A DNA stretch of 60,840 nt from a virus (taxonomy: Duplodnaviria > Caudoviricetes). Positions 8,011-19,300 of this stretch are shown here, one piece after another. A program made the position numbers and the translations under genes. The stretch covers positions 1 to 60,840 of IMG/VR virus record IMGVR_UViG_3300009506_000030; one strand, 5' to 3'. The notes beneath the pieces are model-generated. The model searched no databases and was not told the origin of the DNA. It worked only from the letters and a program-made list of their open reading frames with translations. Numbering within the stretch: the stretch's first letter is position 1; every line of letters begins with the position of its first letter.

Positions 8011-11000
8011 TTAGCCACCCATTTTATTCTTTTTCTCCTCCTGTTGCAGTTTGCGTAACTCCCTGGCAAAGCGTGCGCTTGTAAGACCTGGGAGCTTACG
8101 TGACTGCTGTTCAAGCCTTTTTCTTTCAGCTCTGTCAGCCACTCTGTATCTACTAAAATATATTCTAGCCCTTACTTCTGGTGATGCTGATTGAAGGGTC
8201 ATCCACCATTTCCTATCTCTTAATTTATAAGTACTCCTTGCATATTTAACCCTCTCTCGAAGTCTTTTCCTGTCAGTAACATCCTGTTGACTGATAAAAT
8301 CCCTAAGCGCTTTTTCATTTGCAGGAGTTTTATTGTCAAGCCATGTATTGACACGCTGATCAAGTTCCATCCTTTGCTCATACCTTCTTCCCTGTTCATC
8401 CAATTTTTTCTTTTCTGCTTCTTTTTCAAATGGAGTATAGGGATCAGTCGCTTTTAATATTTTTCTGAAACCTGGTTTTTGCCTCAATGCATCCATCTCA
8501 GCTTCTTTTTGCTTTGGTGTAAGACTGTTAAATATTTTATCTCCAGCAGCACCAATCAAAGATGTATAAATATTACCATAAGTAAAAAATTGTTGCAGTG
8601 CAAATTTAGTCCTTTCTGGTGAGAACCCTGTCTTTTTACCAAACTCAATAAACCCTGGATTGGTATATTTTGTATATTCCATTTGTTCAGGAACTTCTGG
8701 TCCTCTCCATATGTTTTTTTGCGCCCAAAAATCCCAATTGGAAGCATAACCAAGCCAGGCATCTAATACTGGAGGTAATGATCCCGTTGGAATTAATGGG
8801 AGTAAATCTTGCAATGACATTTGTATTTGGTCTCCGTCAACCTCTTCTCCCATGAACTTAGCCATGAGACCCTCGAATACCGATGCGATTGCCCTTTGCC
8901 CCTGGTCTTTAGCAATTTTAATATAGGGGTATCTTATTTCACCGTTTTTATCCTTATATGGCCTATCAATAGTAAAAATAAAATTATTAACTTTATCACG
9001 TGCTGGTACAGAATCCCATGCTTCTGGATGTCTTATTTTATTAGCTAAATATAATCCAGATGCGAATGTTCCCAGCTGCGCTACTTTATATGTGAATGCT
9101 GCTCTTCCACCTTTAGTAGTTGCTGCTCTTGCTATTCCTCTTGTTCCTTGAATACTTGCATTAAGATATGGTACTACACTATCAAGCCCTTTTGCCCAAT
9201 TCCCCCCTTGGCTGAAGTCAAGATAGTTACGAGCAATCCATGTTGCTTCTTGTGCTGTTTTACCATTGCGCATAGCTCTTTTACGTAGTGCAAGACGTGT
9301 CATGATTTCAGATGTTTCTCCCACATAACCAAGCCATTTCCCAAGTTTTCCGAGTGGTCCTATCTTGCCCTGATGAGTGAGAAATTCCATACCGCCACCT
9401 TCATTTATATAATCAAGATACTGACCCTTTCTCCTAATGGCATCCCATCCTACAGAAGCTATATCTCTTCCTATTTCAAATGGTGCTTTTATTAGATGCT
9501 TAGAGTATTCATTTGTAGTTAACCATATGTGTGCCAGGTCTCTTGGGATATTAGTTAAAGCGAATTCTGGGTTAAGTCCAGTAGCCATTGCTTTCAACAG
9601 CTTAGTTCCAGTTGCCCATCCAATTACATTTGCTACAGCAGCATTTACTATTGGATCATTTTCTACCCATTCTTTTGCAAGTTCACTTGGCATAATGAGT
9701 GCTTTTCTTTTCCCATCAATCATAACACTCAATTTTTCATGGCCTGGAGGAGCTGTTTCATAGAAGAGTTTTCCAGTTTTTGCCTGTTTTTTTATACCAG
9801 CAAGACGTACAATACCGTTATCAGGAATATTTTGAGCAACTTTATATAATTCCTTATTAGCGTTGTTACGCATTATCCTACTCTGTGTGCGTGTAACTAC
9901 TTGGTGCATTAGCTTTCTTGAGTCAGTCTCAAGAAGTCCATAATCACCCTCTTTCAATGCTTTTATTCCGCTATCAGGAACAGTAGTTAGTTTACCTCCA
10001 AGTGTTGGGTATGACCTATCAGGATCTACAAATTTTAATAAATTCCTTGGTGAATAATCACCCTTACTTACCATTGCATTTAATTCTTTTTCAGATATTA
10101 ATCCTCCTTTATACAGATCGATCAATTGTTTGCGCATTAATTTAGAATAAGCATCCATTCTCCCCTGAAGCTTATCTTTTATTTCTTTAGGTATGCTATT
10201 CATATACTTTTTGAAAGCTTCTGGAGGTAATCCACCAAGATGTTTGAAGTCAGGTTTATATCCTGCTATAGTTAGCTCTCTGTTGACTACAATCATCTTA
10301 TTTAATATTCTTTCTTCTTCCTTGGATAACCCTTTATAAATTTCCTTACTTGCTTCATCTATAATACGTCCAGCTTTGGCTTTAGCTCCCCTGGTTAAAT
10401 CATGAGCTATTACAGCAGACCTTCCCTCATCACCAGCTAGTTTTAAGAGTTTGCTTTTTATATTGCCACTTACATCAACAGTAGCACGTTTAAGTGCTTC
10501 ATAAGCTTTTTTTACTGATCTATCCTGTTTATATATTCTTTTACTTTCTGCTTCAGATGCATTTAAAACACGCTCAACTTTTTGGACATCATCCGTAGCT
10601 CCATCCATAATAGCAACTATTTCAGAAGGAACAGCCTGTTTACCACCTTCAGTAGTTTGTCTCATTACCATTGCTGCTTCTTCTGGAGTTAGATGTGCTG
10701 CCTCTGTAAGAAATGTCCTGAAGTCTTTGAACTTCTTTGTTCCTGCTTTTTTGAATCGTTTGATAAGTTCTTCTGATATCGCTTTTAGACGTTCTTCTGC
10801 TGCTTCTTGCTGTGGAGTTTTTTTACCAGTAGAAAAAGATCCCCTTTCCTTTCCGAATATATCAGTAACTGCTTTTTTAGCATCTTTTATGAGTTCACCT
10901 GTCTTCTTTTTAGGCAATGTTTTATTTTGTTCTACAGCAAATCTTTTCATAGCACTGCGCATGGCTGTAACTATTGCATCACTTCCCTGTTCAGACAAGT

Positions 11001-12513
11001 CTTTCATTGAAACTGTAGCATCAATAGGATATTTAGTTCCTTCCATCTTGATACGATATGTTGCAGAAGTGCCTTTTCCATACATTTCTTGTACACCACC
11101 ACTTTCTATCTGTACCATAAGCTTTTTACTTGCATCATCACCAAGGCTTTTTAGTTTTTTAGGAGACAATGTTTTAACGGTTGGCTTTGCTATGGCTTCA
11201 GAAACAGATAAAGGAAGCGTTGTTGTCTTTTTTGGTTTTAAGGCTTTTTTAGCTGCAAGATCTGCAAGGTATTTTTCTTGCGATACACCAATAGGAGGGA
11301 TTGCACTTTGTGCTCCTGGTACAGAAGCTTTACGCAATATCTTGCTTCCTTCTTCCGCAGCTGCTTTTCTTCCAGATGGAGTAACAGCTTCCAGTGCTGC
11401 TACTGCTTGTCTCCCAGCACCTTGTACTATTGGTCTTGTTTTATCTGGTAAGGCAATTACTCTAGCAGCAGGTAATGCTCCTGCTGGCTGTTTTCCTGCT
11501 CCTTGTATAATGCCTCCACCTTTTCCTCTAAGTGGTGGCAATGAATCCCTTAAGAGGACTAAGCTCTTTTGTATTGCTGGTTCTCGTTTGGCTAACTGTT
11601 GTATGCTATCATCCCTTACTACTTCTGTAGCAAGTTTCATAATGGATTTCATTGATTTAGCACTTTTAGCCATAGCAAGATAAGAGTCAACTGCCATTGC
11701 AGGATCTGATGCTGCAGTTCCTAAAATATCAATTAGCGTACCTTTAATCTTGCCATGCTCTTCCTGGAGTGTCTTTCCCGTTACTTGTTTATTGAGATCG
11801 TTTATAGTAACATTTTCCTTACCCCCCATAACTAAACCATTAAGTGCATCAAGTGCTTTCCCAGGGCTGAACTGTTTTCCTATAAGATAGCCAAGCACTC
11901 CTATGGGATCTTTAGGTATTGGAATGTCTTCAGTCTCCTTTAACTTTTTCTTTGTAAGTTCTTGACCACCAAGTAATACAGTCTGTGGAACTCCATATGC
12001 TTTGAGTGCTTCAATGGGTTTTTCCAGGAAGTCTTTGTATGCTCCTATTAGTGCATTCTTAAATACTCCCCTGCTTGGATCTTCAACCTGAGCTTTGATT
12101 ACACCAGTGCCTGGAGCCATGGATAATACTTTGCCAAGCATTCTTTGCGCAAGTGGTCTTACTTGTGTATCTTCTTGCATTTCTGCTGGTGGCTGTTGTT
12201 CTTGAGGTGAAAGTGCTGCACCTCTAACATCCATTCCTTGAGGCAACCCTGCCATCTGATTGAGATTAATATCAAATGGTTCTGGATTTTGGATTACCTG
12301 TGGAGTTTGAGCAACACGTTGCATTGGTTCAATACCACCAACAGGAACAGACATAATATCATCTGCTATCACTTTATCCTGAAGTATCGAAAAAGCATCT
12401 TTGCTTACATTCTTTTCTGCTTTCTTTAACCAGTTGGTACGCATTACTTCCCTGGTTTCTCTATCAGAATTTTTGAATGTATCTGTATTTTTTATTTCAG
12501 ACCATCTAAGCAT
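8011..12513 (-). CDS. large internal virion/ejection protein with C-terminal LPD38-like domain
   Basis: 1500 aa, last gene of the virion module; YLDFSQGG..VPYLNASIQG and W..VP..DK.NNFIF motifs. Confidence 0.7.
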   Translation of the reverse strand: MLRWSEIKNTDTFKNSDRETREVMRTNWLKKAEKNVSKDAFSILQDKVIADDIMSVPVGGIEPMQRVAQTPQVIQNPEPFDINLNQMAGLPQGMDVRGAALSPQEQQPPAEMQEDTQVRPLAQRMLGKVLSMAPGTGVIKAQVEDPSRGVFKNALIGAYKDFLEKPIEALKAYGVPQTVLLGGQELTKKKLKETEDIPIPKDPIGVLGYLIGKQFSPGKALDALNGLVMGGKENVTINDLNKQVTGKTLQEEHGKIKGTLIDILGTAASDPAMAVDSYLAMAKSAKSMKSIMKLATEVVRDDSIQQLAKREPAIQKSLVLLRDSLPPLRGKGGGIIQGAGKQPAGALPAARVIALPDKTRPIVQGAGRQAVAALEAVTPSGRKAAAEEGSKILRKASVPGAQSAIPPIGVSQEKYLADLAAKKALKPKKTTTLPLSVSEAIAKPTVKTLSPKKLKSLGDDASKKLMVQIESGGVQEMYGKGTSATYRIKMEGTKYPIDATVSMKDLSEQGSDAIVTAMRSAMKRFAVEQNKTLPKKKTGELIKDAKKAVTDIFGKERGSFSTGKKTPQQEAAEERLKAISEELIKRFKKAGTKKFKDFRTFLTEAAHLTPEEAAMVMRQTTEGGKQAVPSEIVAIMDGATDDVQKVERVLNASEAESKRIYKQDRSVKKAYEALKRATVDVSGNIKSKLLKLAGDEGRSAVIAHDLTRGAKAKAGRIIDEASKEIYKGLSKEEERILNKMIVVNRELTIAGYKPDFKHLGGLPPEAFKKYMNSIPKEIKDKLQGRMDAYSKLMRKQLIDLYKGGLISEKELNAMVSKGDYSPRNLLKFVDPDRSYPTLGGKLTTVPDSGIKALKEGDYGLLETDSRKLMHQVVTRTQSRIMRNNANKELYKVAQNIPDNGIVRLAGIKKQAKTGKLFYETAPPGHEKLSVMIDGKRKALIMPSELAKEWVENDPIVNAAVANVIGWATGTKLLKAMATGLNPEFALTNIPRDLAHIWLTTNEYSKHLIKAPFEIGRDIASVGWDAIRRKGQYLDYINEGGGMEFLTHQGKIGPLGKLGKWLGYVGETSEIMTRLALRKRAMRNGKTAQEATWIARNYLDFSQGGNWAKGLDSVVPYLNASIQGTRGIARAATTKGGRAAFTYKVAQLGTFASGLYLANKIRHPEAWDSVPARDKVNNFIFTIDRPYKDKNGEIRYPYIKIAKDQGQRAIASVFEGLMAKFMGEEVDGDQIQMSLQDLLPLIPTGSLPPVLDAWLGYASNWDFWAQKNIWRGPEVPEQMEYTKYTNPGFIEFGKKTGFSPERTKFALQQFFTYGNIYTSLIGAAGDKIFNSLTPKQKEAEMDALRQKPGFRKILKATDPYTPFEKEAEKKKLDEQGRRYEQRMELDQRVNTWLDNKTPANEKALRDFISQQDVTDRKRLRERVKYARSTYKLRDRKWWMTLQSASPEVRARIYFSRYRVADRAERKRLEQQSRKLPGLTSARFARELRKLQQEEKKNKMGG

Positions 12514-12522
12514 AATTTTATC

Positions 12523-13866
12523 CTAGAGAAGAGATTGAGCTTCTTGTTCAGCACTCATTTGTCGCTTGGTTTTTTTAGGTGCAGCTTGCTCTGTTTGAGA
12601 TGGTAATGGAGTTCTTGATCCAGCAATTCCTCTTTTCACTGAACCTTCATCAAACATTGCTTTCATACCGCCCTTGAATAAATTTTTAATCATTCCGAAA
12701 AAACTCTTTTCTGCTTTATCTTGTATGGTAGGATCAGTAGCAGCCTGTTCTGGAGTTAAATTCATTTCTTGAGCTAGCTGTTCTTTTAAATCGTCTATCA
12801 TATGGCTAAACCATATTTCCTGGTGCGTATCACCATCATCTAGATCGATGAGAGTATATCCAACAGTGTAACCATCAGCATCTTTTATGGGTTGTAATTC
12901 CATGTGACTTGATTTCAATGATTCTGGAGTGATATTTGTCATTGTTCGAGTTGCTCTATTATATAATCCTATCCCTTCTCGTGTGGCTTGCATCTGATAC
13001 ATATCTTTACCTTGCTGCGAAGAGGCATCCCATGTAGCAACATCAAGGTCTGTAATTTTTTTTGGATCAAGACCCAAATCTTTATATCTCTTTTCCAGAC
13101 TATCTCTTATTACTCCCTGTCTTTCTCTTTCCCCTTTAGGAGCACTGGTTATTTTACCTGCTCCGACATCTACTCCGAACTCAGCTTGGCTTGCTCTTAT
13201 TAAGTCAGCTGTAGATATTGGTAGATTTTTTGCTATTTCACTATATGCTTCTACATCTTTAGGACTTAGCTTTAAGTGTCTTTGAAAAGCATCTTTTACA
13301 CCAGGAGCTTTCATAATTTCACCAGCAGCCTGTGGATTGGAATCTAGCAAATTAAGAGCATTGTCAACAAGAACTTTGTCATTAGCTTTTCTTTCATTAA
13401 ACGCTTGCTCTGCTCTGCGCCAAGGTTCTCTGAAAAGTGGTCCCACAATGGGTAAAGCTCCTAATGTACCAGCAAGTATAGTCTTTCCTAAACCTGGTCG
13501 TTGATTTTGTTCTGCTAGAGAAACGGTTGGTTCTTGAGTGATCCCTGCTAAATCGAATGCATTTGGAGAATTAACAGCATTGTATTGTGATGGAAGCAAA
13601 CCAAGAGCAGATGCATTGACATCATAATTTGATAGTGGTGTTTGGTCTGCTGGTTGAGGAATTACTCCTTCTCCTTGTGCTGTTGCAGGAGGCATTCCCA
13701 ATGCTCTATTAATCCTATCAACTTGCTCAATGTCTTGTTGCTGCTGATTGCGAACTATAGTTTCTGCTATGCCAGCATTTCTTCCTGTACTATCAGCATT
13801 TGCACTTGATGGCTTAGTAGTTTTTTTATCAGACGTTTTTTTAGTTTTTTTATTTTCCTCAACCAT
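12523..13866 (-). CDS. putative internal virion (ejection) protein
   Basis: Position between small pilot-like and large ejection gene; Q/A-rich helical. Confidence 0.55.
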   Translation of the reverse strand: MVEENKKTKKTSDKKTTKPSSANADSTGRNAGIAETIVRNQQQQDIEQVDRINRALGMPPATAQGEGVIPQPADQTPLSNYDVNASALGLLPSQYNAVNSPNAFDLAGITQEPTVSLAEQNQRPGLGKTILAGTLGALPIVGPLFREPWRRAEQAFNERKANDKVLVDNALNLLDSNPQAAGEIMKAPGVKDAFQRHLKLSPKDVEAYSEIAKNLPISTADLIRASQAEFGVDVGAGKITSAPKGERERQGVIRDSLEKRYKDLGLDPKKITDLDVATWDASSQQGKDMYQMQATREGIGLYNRATRTMTNITPESLKSSHMELQPIKDADGYTVGYTLIDLDDGDTHQEIWFSHMIDDLKEQLAQEMNLTPEQAATDPTIQDKAEKSFFGMIKNLFKGGMKAMFDEGSVKRGIAGSRTPLPSQTEQAAPKKTKRQMSAEQEAQSLL

Positions 13867-13881
13867 AACAGTAATCTCCTT

Positions 13882-14352
13882 TTATGAACCAGTTGTAGCG
13901 TTTGTTCCACCACCTGAACCACCGAAAACTCCACCAGCAGTTTCTATGCCGATAGCAGAACTTTTTGACTTTGATTGTTGACTGGGTTGTATTGGAAGAC
14001 CCTGTAACAATTGGAACCCTTGCATTTGTGCTGCCTGTCTTTGTGCTAATATATTCTGTAATGTGTTTTGTAGTGCATTATTTTGAGCTTCAGATACAAG
14101 TCGTGCTCGTTGTGCAGAGCCAAATCCCTGTGTTGCAAGTTGATTAATTTGCTGCTGCTGCATATTTAAAATATTTGCACCTTCATCCCTTGCTCTTTGT
14201 GTTGCTATTTGTGTTGCTGCTGTTTCCTTTCCAAGAGCTTGTGGGATTAATTGTTGAGTAAGAAAATCCCATATTCTTTTCTGCTCAGGCAAAAGGACTG
14301 GCTTCGAAGAAGACCGTGACCCTGATTTGCTGTATGATGTGCTTCCTCCCAT
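13882..14352 (-). CDS. small internal virion (pilot-like) protein
   Basis: MGGS.. start, Q/A-rich core, G-rich tail. Confidence 0.55.
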   Translation of the reverse strand: MGGSTSYSKSGSRSSSKPVLLPEQKRIWDFLTQQLIPQALGKETAATQIATQRARDEGANILNMQQQQINQLATQGFGSAQRARLVSEAQNNALQNTLQNILAQRQAAQMQGFQLLQGLPIQPSQQSKSKSSAIGIETAGGVFGGSGGGTNATTGS

Positions 14353-14353
14353 T

Positions 14354-14770
14354 TTATTTTACCTCTCTTTCGTATAGAACAGTCTTAGATGGGCTGAATC
14401 CCCATTTCTCCCACGCTCTTTGCGCTCTATCACTTTCCATTATTGCTATTGGAAATTCATGATTAAGTTTCTTACCTATCATTTTTATCATATCATCTAA
14501 AAGTTTTGGTTTATCGACAACACCATATTTACATGATGCGTGATGTATAAAAAGCTTTCCATCTTCCAACACAGTTGTGCTTATATAGCCAATAACTTTC
14601 TTATCTTCACATATTACAATCGTATGATTGTTTTGATTGAAAACATATCCCATGCAAGCCCATGGATTTTTATTAGTTGAGTCTGCATAAAACATAACTT
14701 GTTGAAATAATAATCTTGGATCTTCAAGTTCCTCAATATACTTAAGTGTAATGTCTTCATTCTTTACCAT
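14354..14770 (-). CDS. GNAT-fold acetyltransferase-like protein
   Basis: KVIGY..., AWEKWGF motif; usual position before ejection genes. Confidence 0.5.
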   Translation of the reverse strand: MVKNEDITLKYIEELEDPRLLFQQVMFYADSTNKNPWACMGYVFNQNNHTIVICEDKKVIGYISTTVLEDGKLFIHHASCKYGVVDKPKLLDDMIKMIGKKLNHEFPIAIMESDRAQRAWEKWGFSPSKTVLYEREVK

Positions 14771-14778
14771 AGAACCTC

Positions 14779-16320
14779 CTAGAAAGGGGGGAGTGGAACA
14801 GCTGCATTCTTTATAGTATAATCCTGTTCAGTAAAAGCAGACTGCAAAGCAGTTACAGTAAGATTATTAACAGACTGTATCCCAAACGTATATGTTCTCC
14901 CAGCTTCTAGGCCATCAAAAGTAAATTGCTGTATATCGTCTCCTGCATCTTGACCATATAGAGTAGTGTGGGGGACATAGGTTGCTGGAGTATAGTCTCC
15001 TGCTTGCAGTTTATACTTTACATTATAGCCCATTGCCCCACCAACAGATTTCCATTGGACTACCCAGTTTTTTAAATTACCATAACCAGTGCTTTCTTCC
15101 TCAGCACCAGATAAAAATGTAGGAGCTGCTGGTACAGTTAATATCGCATCATCAGGACCATCAGCATCGCTTTGATAACCACCAGTATCGTATACCCTTA
15201 CCCAATAATAATATGTAGCTCCAGCTGATGGACCATTAGTGTAAAGACTTGCATCATATCCATGGTCTATATATTCTTCATTTTGCAATCCATCAGCTAT
15301 AAGATAAGTATCATCATCAAGTAAAGCAGTGGTAACAGCTGTTGTTCTATATAATCTATACCCCCCAAAAGCATCACCCTCTTCATGGCCTTTGTCCCAG
15401 TCAACAGATATATAGTAGTTTTCTTCATATGCAACTGCATTAATATTTGTTGGAGTGGTAAGCTCCTGATCATCAAATGCAGTAGTGCTTGCGCATGTTA
15501 ACTGTCCTTCCCTTCTATTTTTAGGAATAACTGCCCTGCTGTAAAATCGTGCTTTCCCATAATAGCTATATCTATCCCATTTCTTATCGGAAAAATTTAG
15601 AAGAGGTATGATCTTAAAGGCAAATGGGAGAGGTCCCTGCCCTATCATATTCTTATTTCTGTTAACTGAAAATTGATACTTGTCACCACTTGCCCATACT
15701 GCTCCTCCAGAAAGAGGACAAGTAATTTGCCATGGAGTTGTTTTATCCCATGCTGTTACTGAACCAGATTCGTCCTTAGTGATATTAGTAATATTGACAG
15801 CATCTGCAACAAGATTCATATCTGACCAGAATGGGATACCAGTATATTTTGTACCAAGCAATGGAAGAGTTGTCGTTGTTATATTTGATGTATCAACCAG
15901 ATTATCACCTGCTGCTCCAGCTGTACATGCTCCAGTATAAGTTACATAAGCGCATTCATCTAATGCTGTGAAGTTTTCTTCTGGAGAAGCAAAGAACTGA
16001 AATCCTCCAACATAAGGATATTTAAAAACAGGGACTGGATCACACCACATAATAACCAGAGGGACACCTGGTATTTTTCTTATCTGTAGCCCAGTTGGGA
16101 CAGGCATCGGTCCAGACTGACTAACTAGGTTTTGCTTGTAATCCTGCTGAAAGTTCTCAACTGAAGTATCAAGATTAGAAAGTGCTTCTATAATTTCATT
16201 GATCTGTTTTTGTGCTTCAGTATCAATAGTTCCTAGATTCTTATAGACATCTTCAAATGCTCTTGTGAAAACATCCTGGTTATATTCTTTTGGCAGTTTT
16301 TCGCTTGGGAAATTAGTCAT
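14779..16320 (-). CDS. tail protein with fibronectin type III domains
   Basis: TPTNINA..W..GYRLYR..TYYYWVR and PAAPT..W..GYNVKY..GLEAGRTYTF. Confidence 0.7.
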   Translation of the reverse strand: MTNFPSEKLPKEYNQDVFTRAFEDVYKNLGTIDTEAQKQINEIIEALSNLDTSVENFQQDYKQNLVSQSGPMPVPTGLQIRKIPGVPLVIMWCDPVPVFKYPYVGGFQFFASPEENFTALDECAYVTYTGACTAGAAGDNLVDTSNITTTTLPLLGTKYTGIPFWSDMNLVADAVNITNITKDESGSVTAWDKTTPWQITCPLSGGAVWASGDKYQFSVNRNKNMIGQGPLPFAFKIIPLLNFSDKKWDRYSYYGKARFYSRAVIPKNRREGQLTCASTTAFDDQELTTPTNINAVAYEENYYISVDWDKGHEEGDAFGGYRLYRTTAVTTALLDDDTYLIADGLQNEEYIDHGYDASLYTNGPSAGATYYYWVRVYDTGGYQSDADGPDDAILTVPAAPTFLSGAEEESTGYGNLKNWVVQWKSVGGAMGYNVKYKLQAGDYTPATYVPHTTLYGQDAGDDIQQFTFDGLEAGRTYTFGIQSVNNLTVTALQSAFTEQDYTIKNAAVPLPPF

Positions 16321-19300
16321 TGAAATATTCGTTATCTGGTTTCGGAACTATTTTCATTGTGATCTGAGATATTTTATGCCTGTCTGTTCCTTTAGCTTCT
16401 ACTCCTATAAACTGTCCATAGTCTCCCTGTATTGCTCTGCTTGCAAATGATCTGAATGCTGTGGATGTTGCAGATATAGTAGGCATAGTATCAACAGAAC
16501 TCTGATTGCATATGACAGCAGGAGTTATATTAGGAGTATATGTTGCTGTATGTAAACTTGCTATTGACCAGTAAGATGCAGCTAATGATTTATCAAACTG
16601 TATTCCAGGGTCTGTAAAGTCTTTTGTCCTTAAATGTGTCCATATAGCTGTACCATTATCTGTTTCACCGTCAAACATGGTATATATTTCACCGTTGCTT
16701 CTCCCATAATATATCTTGTCCTCATCCGATACACCCCTCCAGAGTGATACCGAATGAACATCAAAAGGGCCAGTTGCGTCAGCTGTTCCAGTCAATTCAC
16801 TGAACTGTTGGCCTGGAAGATAACAACACAATCCTTTTCTGTTGGTTTGGTCATAAAAAAGATAGTAGTATTTATCCTTCACAAATCCTATTGCATTTGA
16901 TAGCTGCTTTTCTGTATAGCTCTCAAATATATTATTAATAGGGAGAAAGAAAGTATCATCAACTCCAGAAATATTTCCCAACATTAATCCATCACGTGAA
17001 AGCCATATCAATCCCCTGTCACACTGCGCTACACTTCTTCTTGCTATGCATCCTTTATCAGATCTGAATACTGGTGGAGTAGTAAGACCCATAGTACTTG
17101 ACCACATGCCATGAGATGTCCATATTATTATATGGTTGTAATACTGATCTATGGCAGTTACCCCATTACCCATTGTTTCTGGTACATCGACACTGCTAAA
17201 ATCATTTACTCTGTATCCACAAAATGGTTCACTTACATAAACACGATAGGGAAATGTTTCTCCAAGTCTGCTTATACAGTTACCATAATACATATTATTG
17301 CCAATAGCCTTCATGACTTTGGCTTTTGGGGGAGCAAAAGAGTCTTCTGGCATAACCAGTCCTAGGTCTTCCTCTTTCTTTTGGTCAAAAAATGAATTCT
17401 TATCTACAGCCAGATCTCCAACATGTCTCCATGTAGATGATTTTCCACCCAGCCTGAATATCTTTTTAGACTCAACACGTTCCTGTTCTCCAGCTGATGG
17501 AACAAATATATCTGTTAAAAGAACATTCTTATTATCAACAATTATCTTTTCAGATGGTTCGGAAGTATTGGACATATATCCTTCTTCATCTTCTACAGCA
17601 ACCTTGTAATAATATTCTCCCTTAAGCGATCCATAATTCATCATTGTGAAGTTATCAAAGCACACTACTGCTTCATTACCAGTTCCAGTAACTTCAAATG
17701 TATGGCCTCTTATGTCTGTCCATGCAGGAGTTTTGCCAGCTTCTCCACTTCTCACAAGAAGCATATCTTTCTTATCCCATTCAAATATGGCAGATGGCCA
17801 ACCTCCTCTATCACGTCCAAGGTACTGCATGCTGTGTTTTATAAGGCCCTGTACTTCCTGTTGATTATAGGGATGTGTAAAATAATTTGTAAGGAATAAA
17901 AGGCTGCTCTTATCTAACTGTTCATAATTCTGCAGCGCTCTTACTATCCTGTCTGCTTTTACAACATCTTCTACCCCTTCTGGTAAAGTTCCTCCAGACT
18001 TTTTAGCTATTTCCCTTAAGTATTCCTGTCCTCCCTGTTTTAGGTTAGCTGGATTTATTTGCATAGCAGAGAGAAGCTCTTGTCCAGTGATTGTATATTC
18101 CCAGTAATTATTCAAGTCTGCATTGCTTGCGTTGTTTCCATGCAGACGTATCTTTATTTCAGATACCTGTTCGGGTTTTTCTGATGCTATCCATATCCTG
18201 AACTTATCGTTTAATTGACTTGGAATAGTTTCGTATTTAATAAAGCCAAATTCATCATTGGACCAATCCCATGAAGGAGGTATGTTTACAACTGGTATTT
18301 TATATTCATCAAGATTTATTCCTATGTCACCACCAAAGGCAACTGGATCTCTTTGTATGGTCATACCAAACGGTTTAGATCCATATACACGTAATGTACA
18401 TCCAGCGATACCAAGAGACGAATGATTATAATCAGGATATGTTGCATGTCCATATCCATATGTTTTATACTTAGTTGATTTTAAAACAAACTCTGCAACA
18501 TCTGTAGCAAGATCAGCTACCCATGCATAATCCTTTAGATTTGTATCTGCAAATTGATCAACTGCATCAAGACTTATGAGATCTAATGGTTCAAATGCGT
18601 TTACGATCTTGGCAGCTTTGGGCCATTCAAGCTTTAAATCATCAACATAAAATGACCATCCTGCTGCTCCAGCTAACCATCGTGGACCATAAGCATCAAT
18701 TCTCGTTATATTTGTCCAGTCACATCCAATACCAGTTTTTGTCCAGTTAAGACTTAATGATCCATCTGGATCAAATCTGGTCATTTTCTTAAGACCCCCT
18801 CCCCTAAGAGAAGTTCCCATGCCAAATGCAACAGTCATGTAATTTCCGTCAGCAAAAACTTGACCACCAGAATAGAATCTCAATCGTGGAGCAGTGAAAT
18901 TTCCCCATACAACAGTAGGCCATCCACCTCCAACAGTAGCTGCATCAAGTCCTTTCCATCCACAATTCATACTAAGAACACATGCTGTATTTGCAGTAAC
19001 ACCATCTGCAAAGGTAACAAAATCCTGCCCTGTATCGAATTCAATACTGCAATGAGCTGTGCTCTGTCCACCAGATATGACCAGGCATGATACTCCTTCT
19101 TTAGTCATCCTTCTATTGAACGTTGCTTTAGTATATGTTGCAGTATTTGTTAACCATCCATAACTTGAATTAGGATCTTGCTCTTCAAAAGTAGCCCATT
19201 GTATAGCATATGATTTTGCTATAGGAGGAGTTTTGAGTAATGTAATATCATTAAAAGTAATCATTGCAGGATTGCTTGCACTGGCCTGACTGTCTCCTTC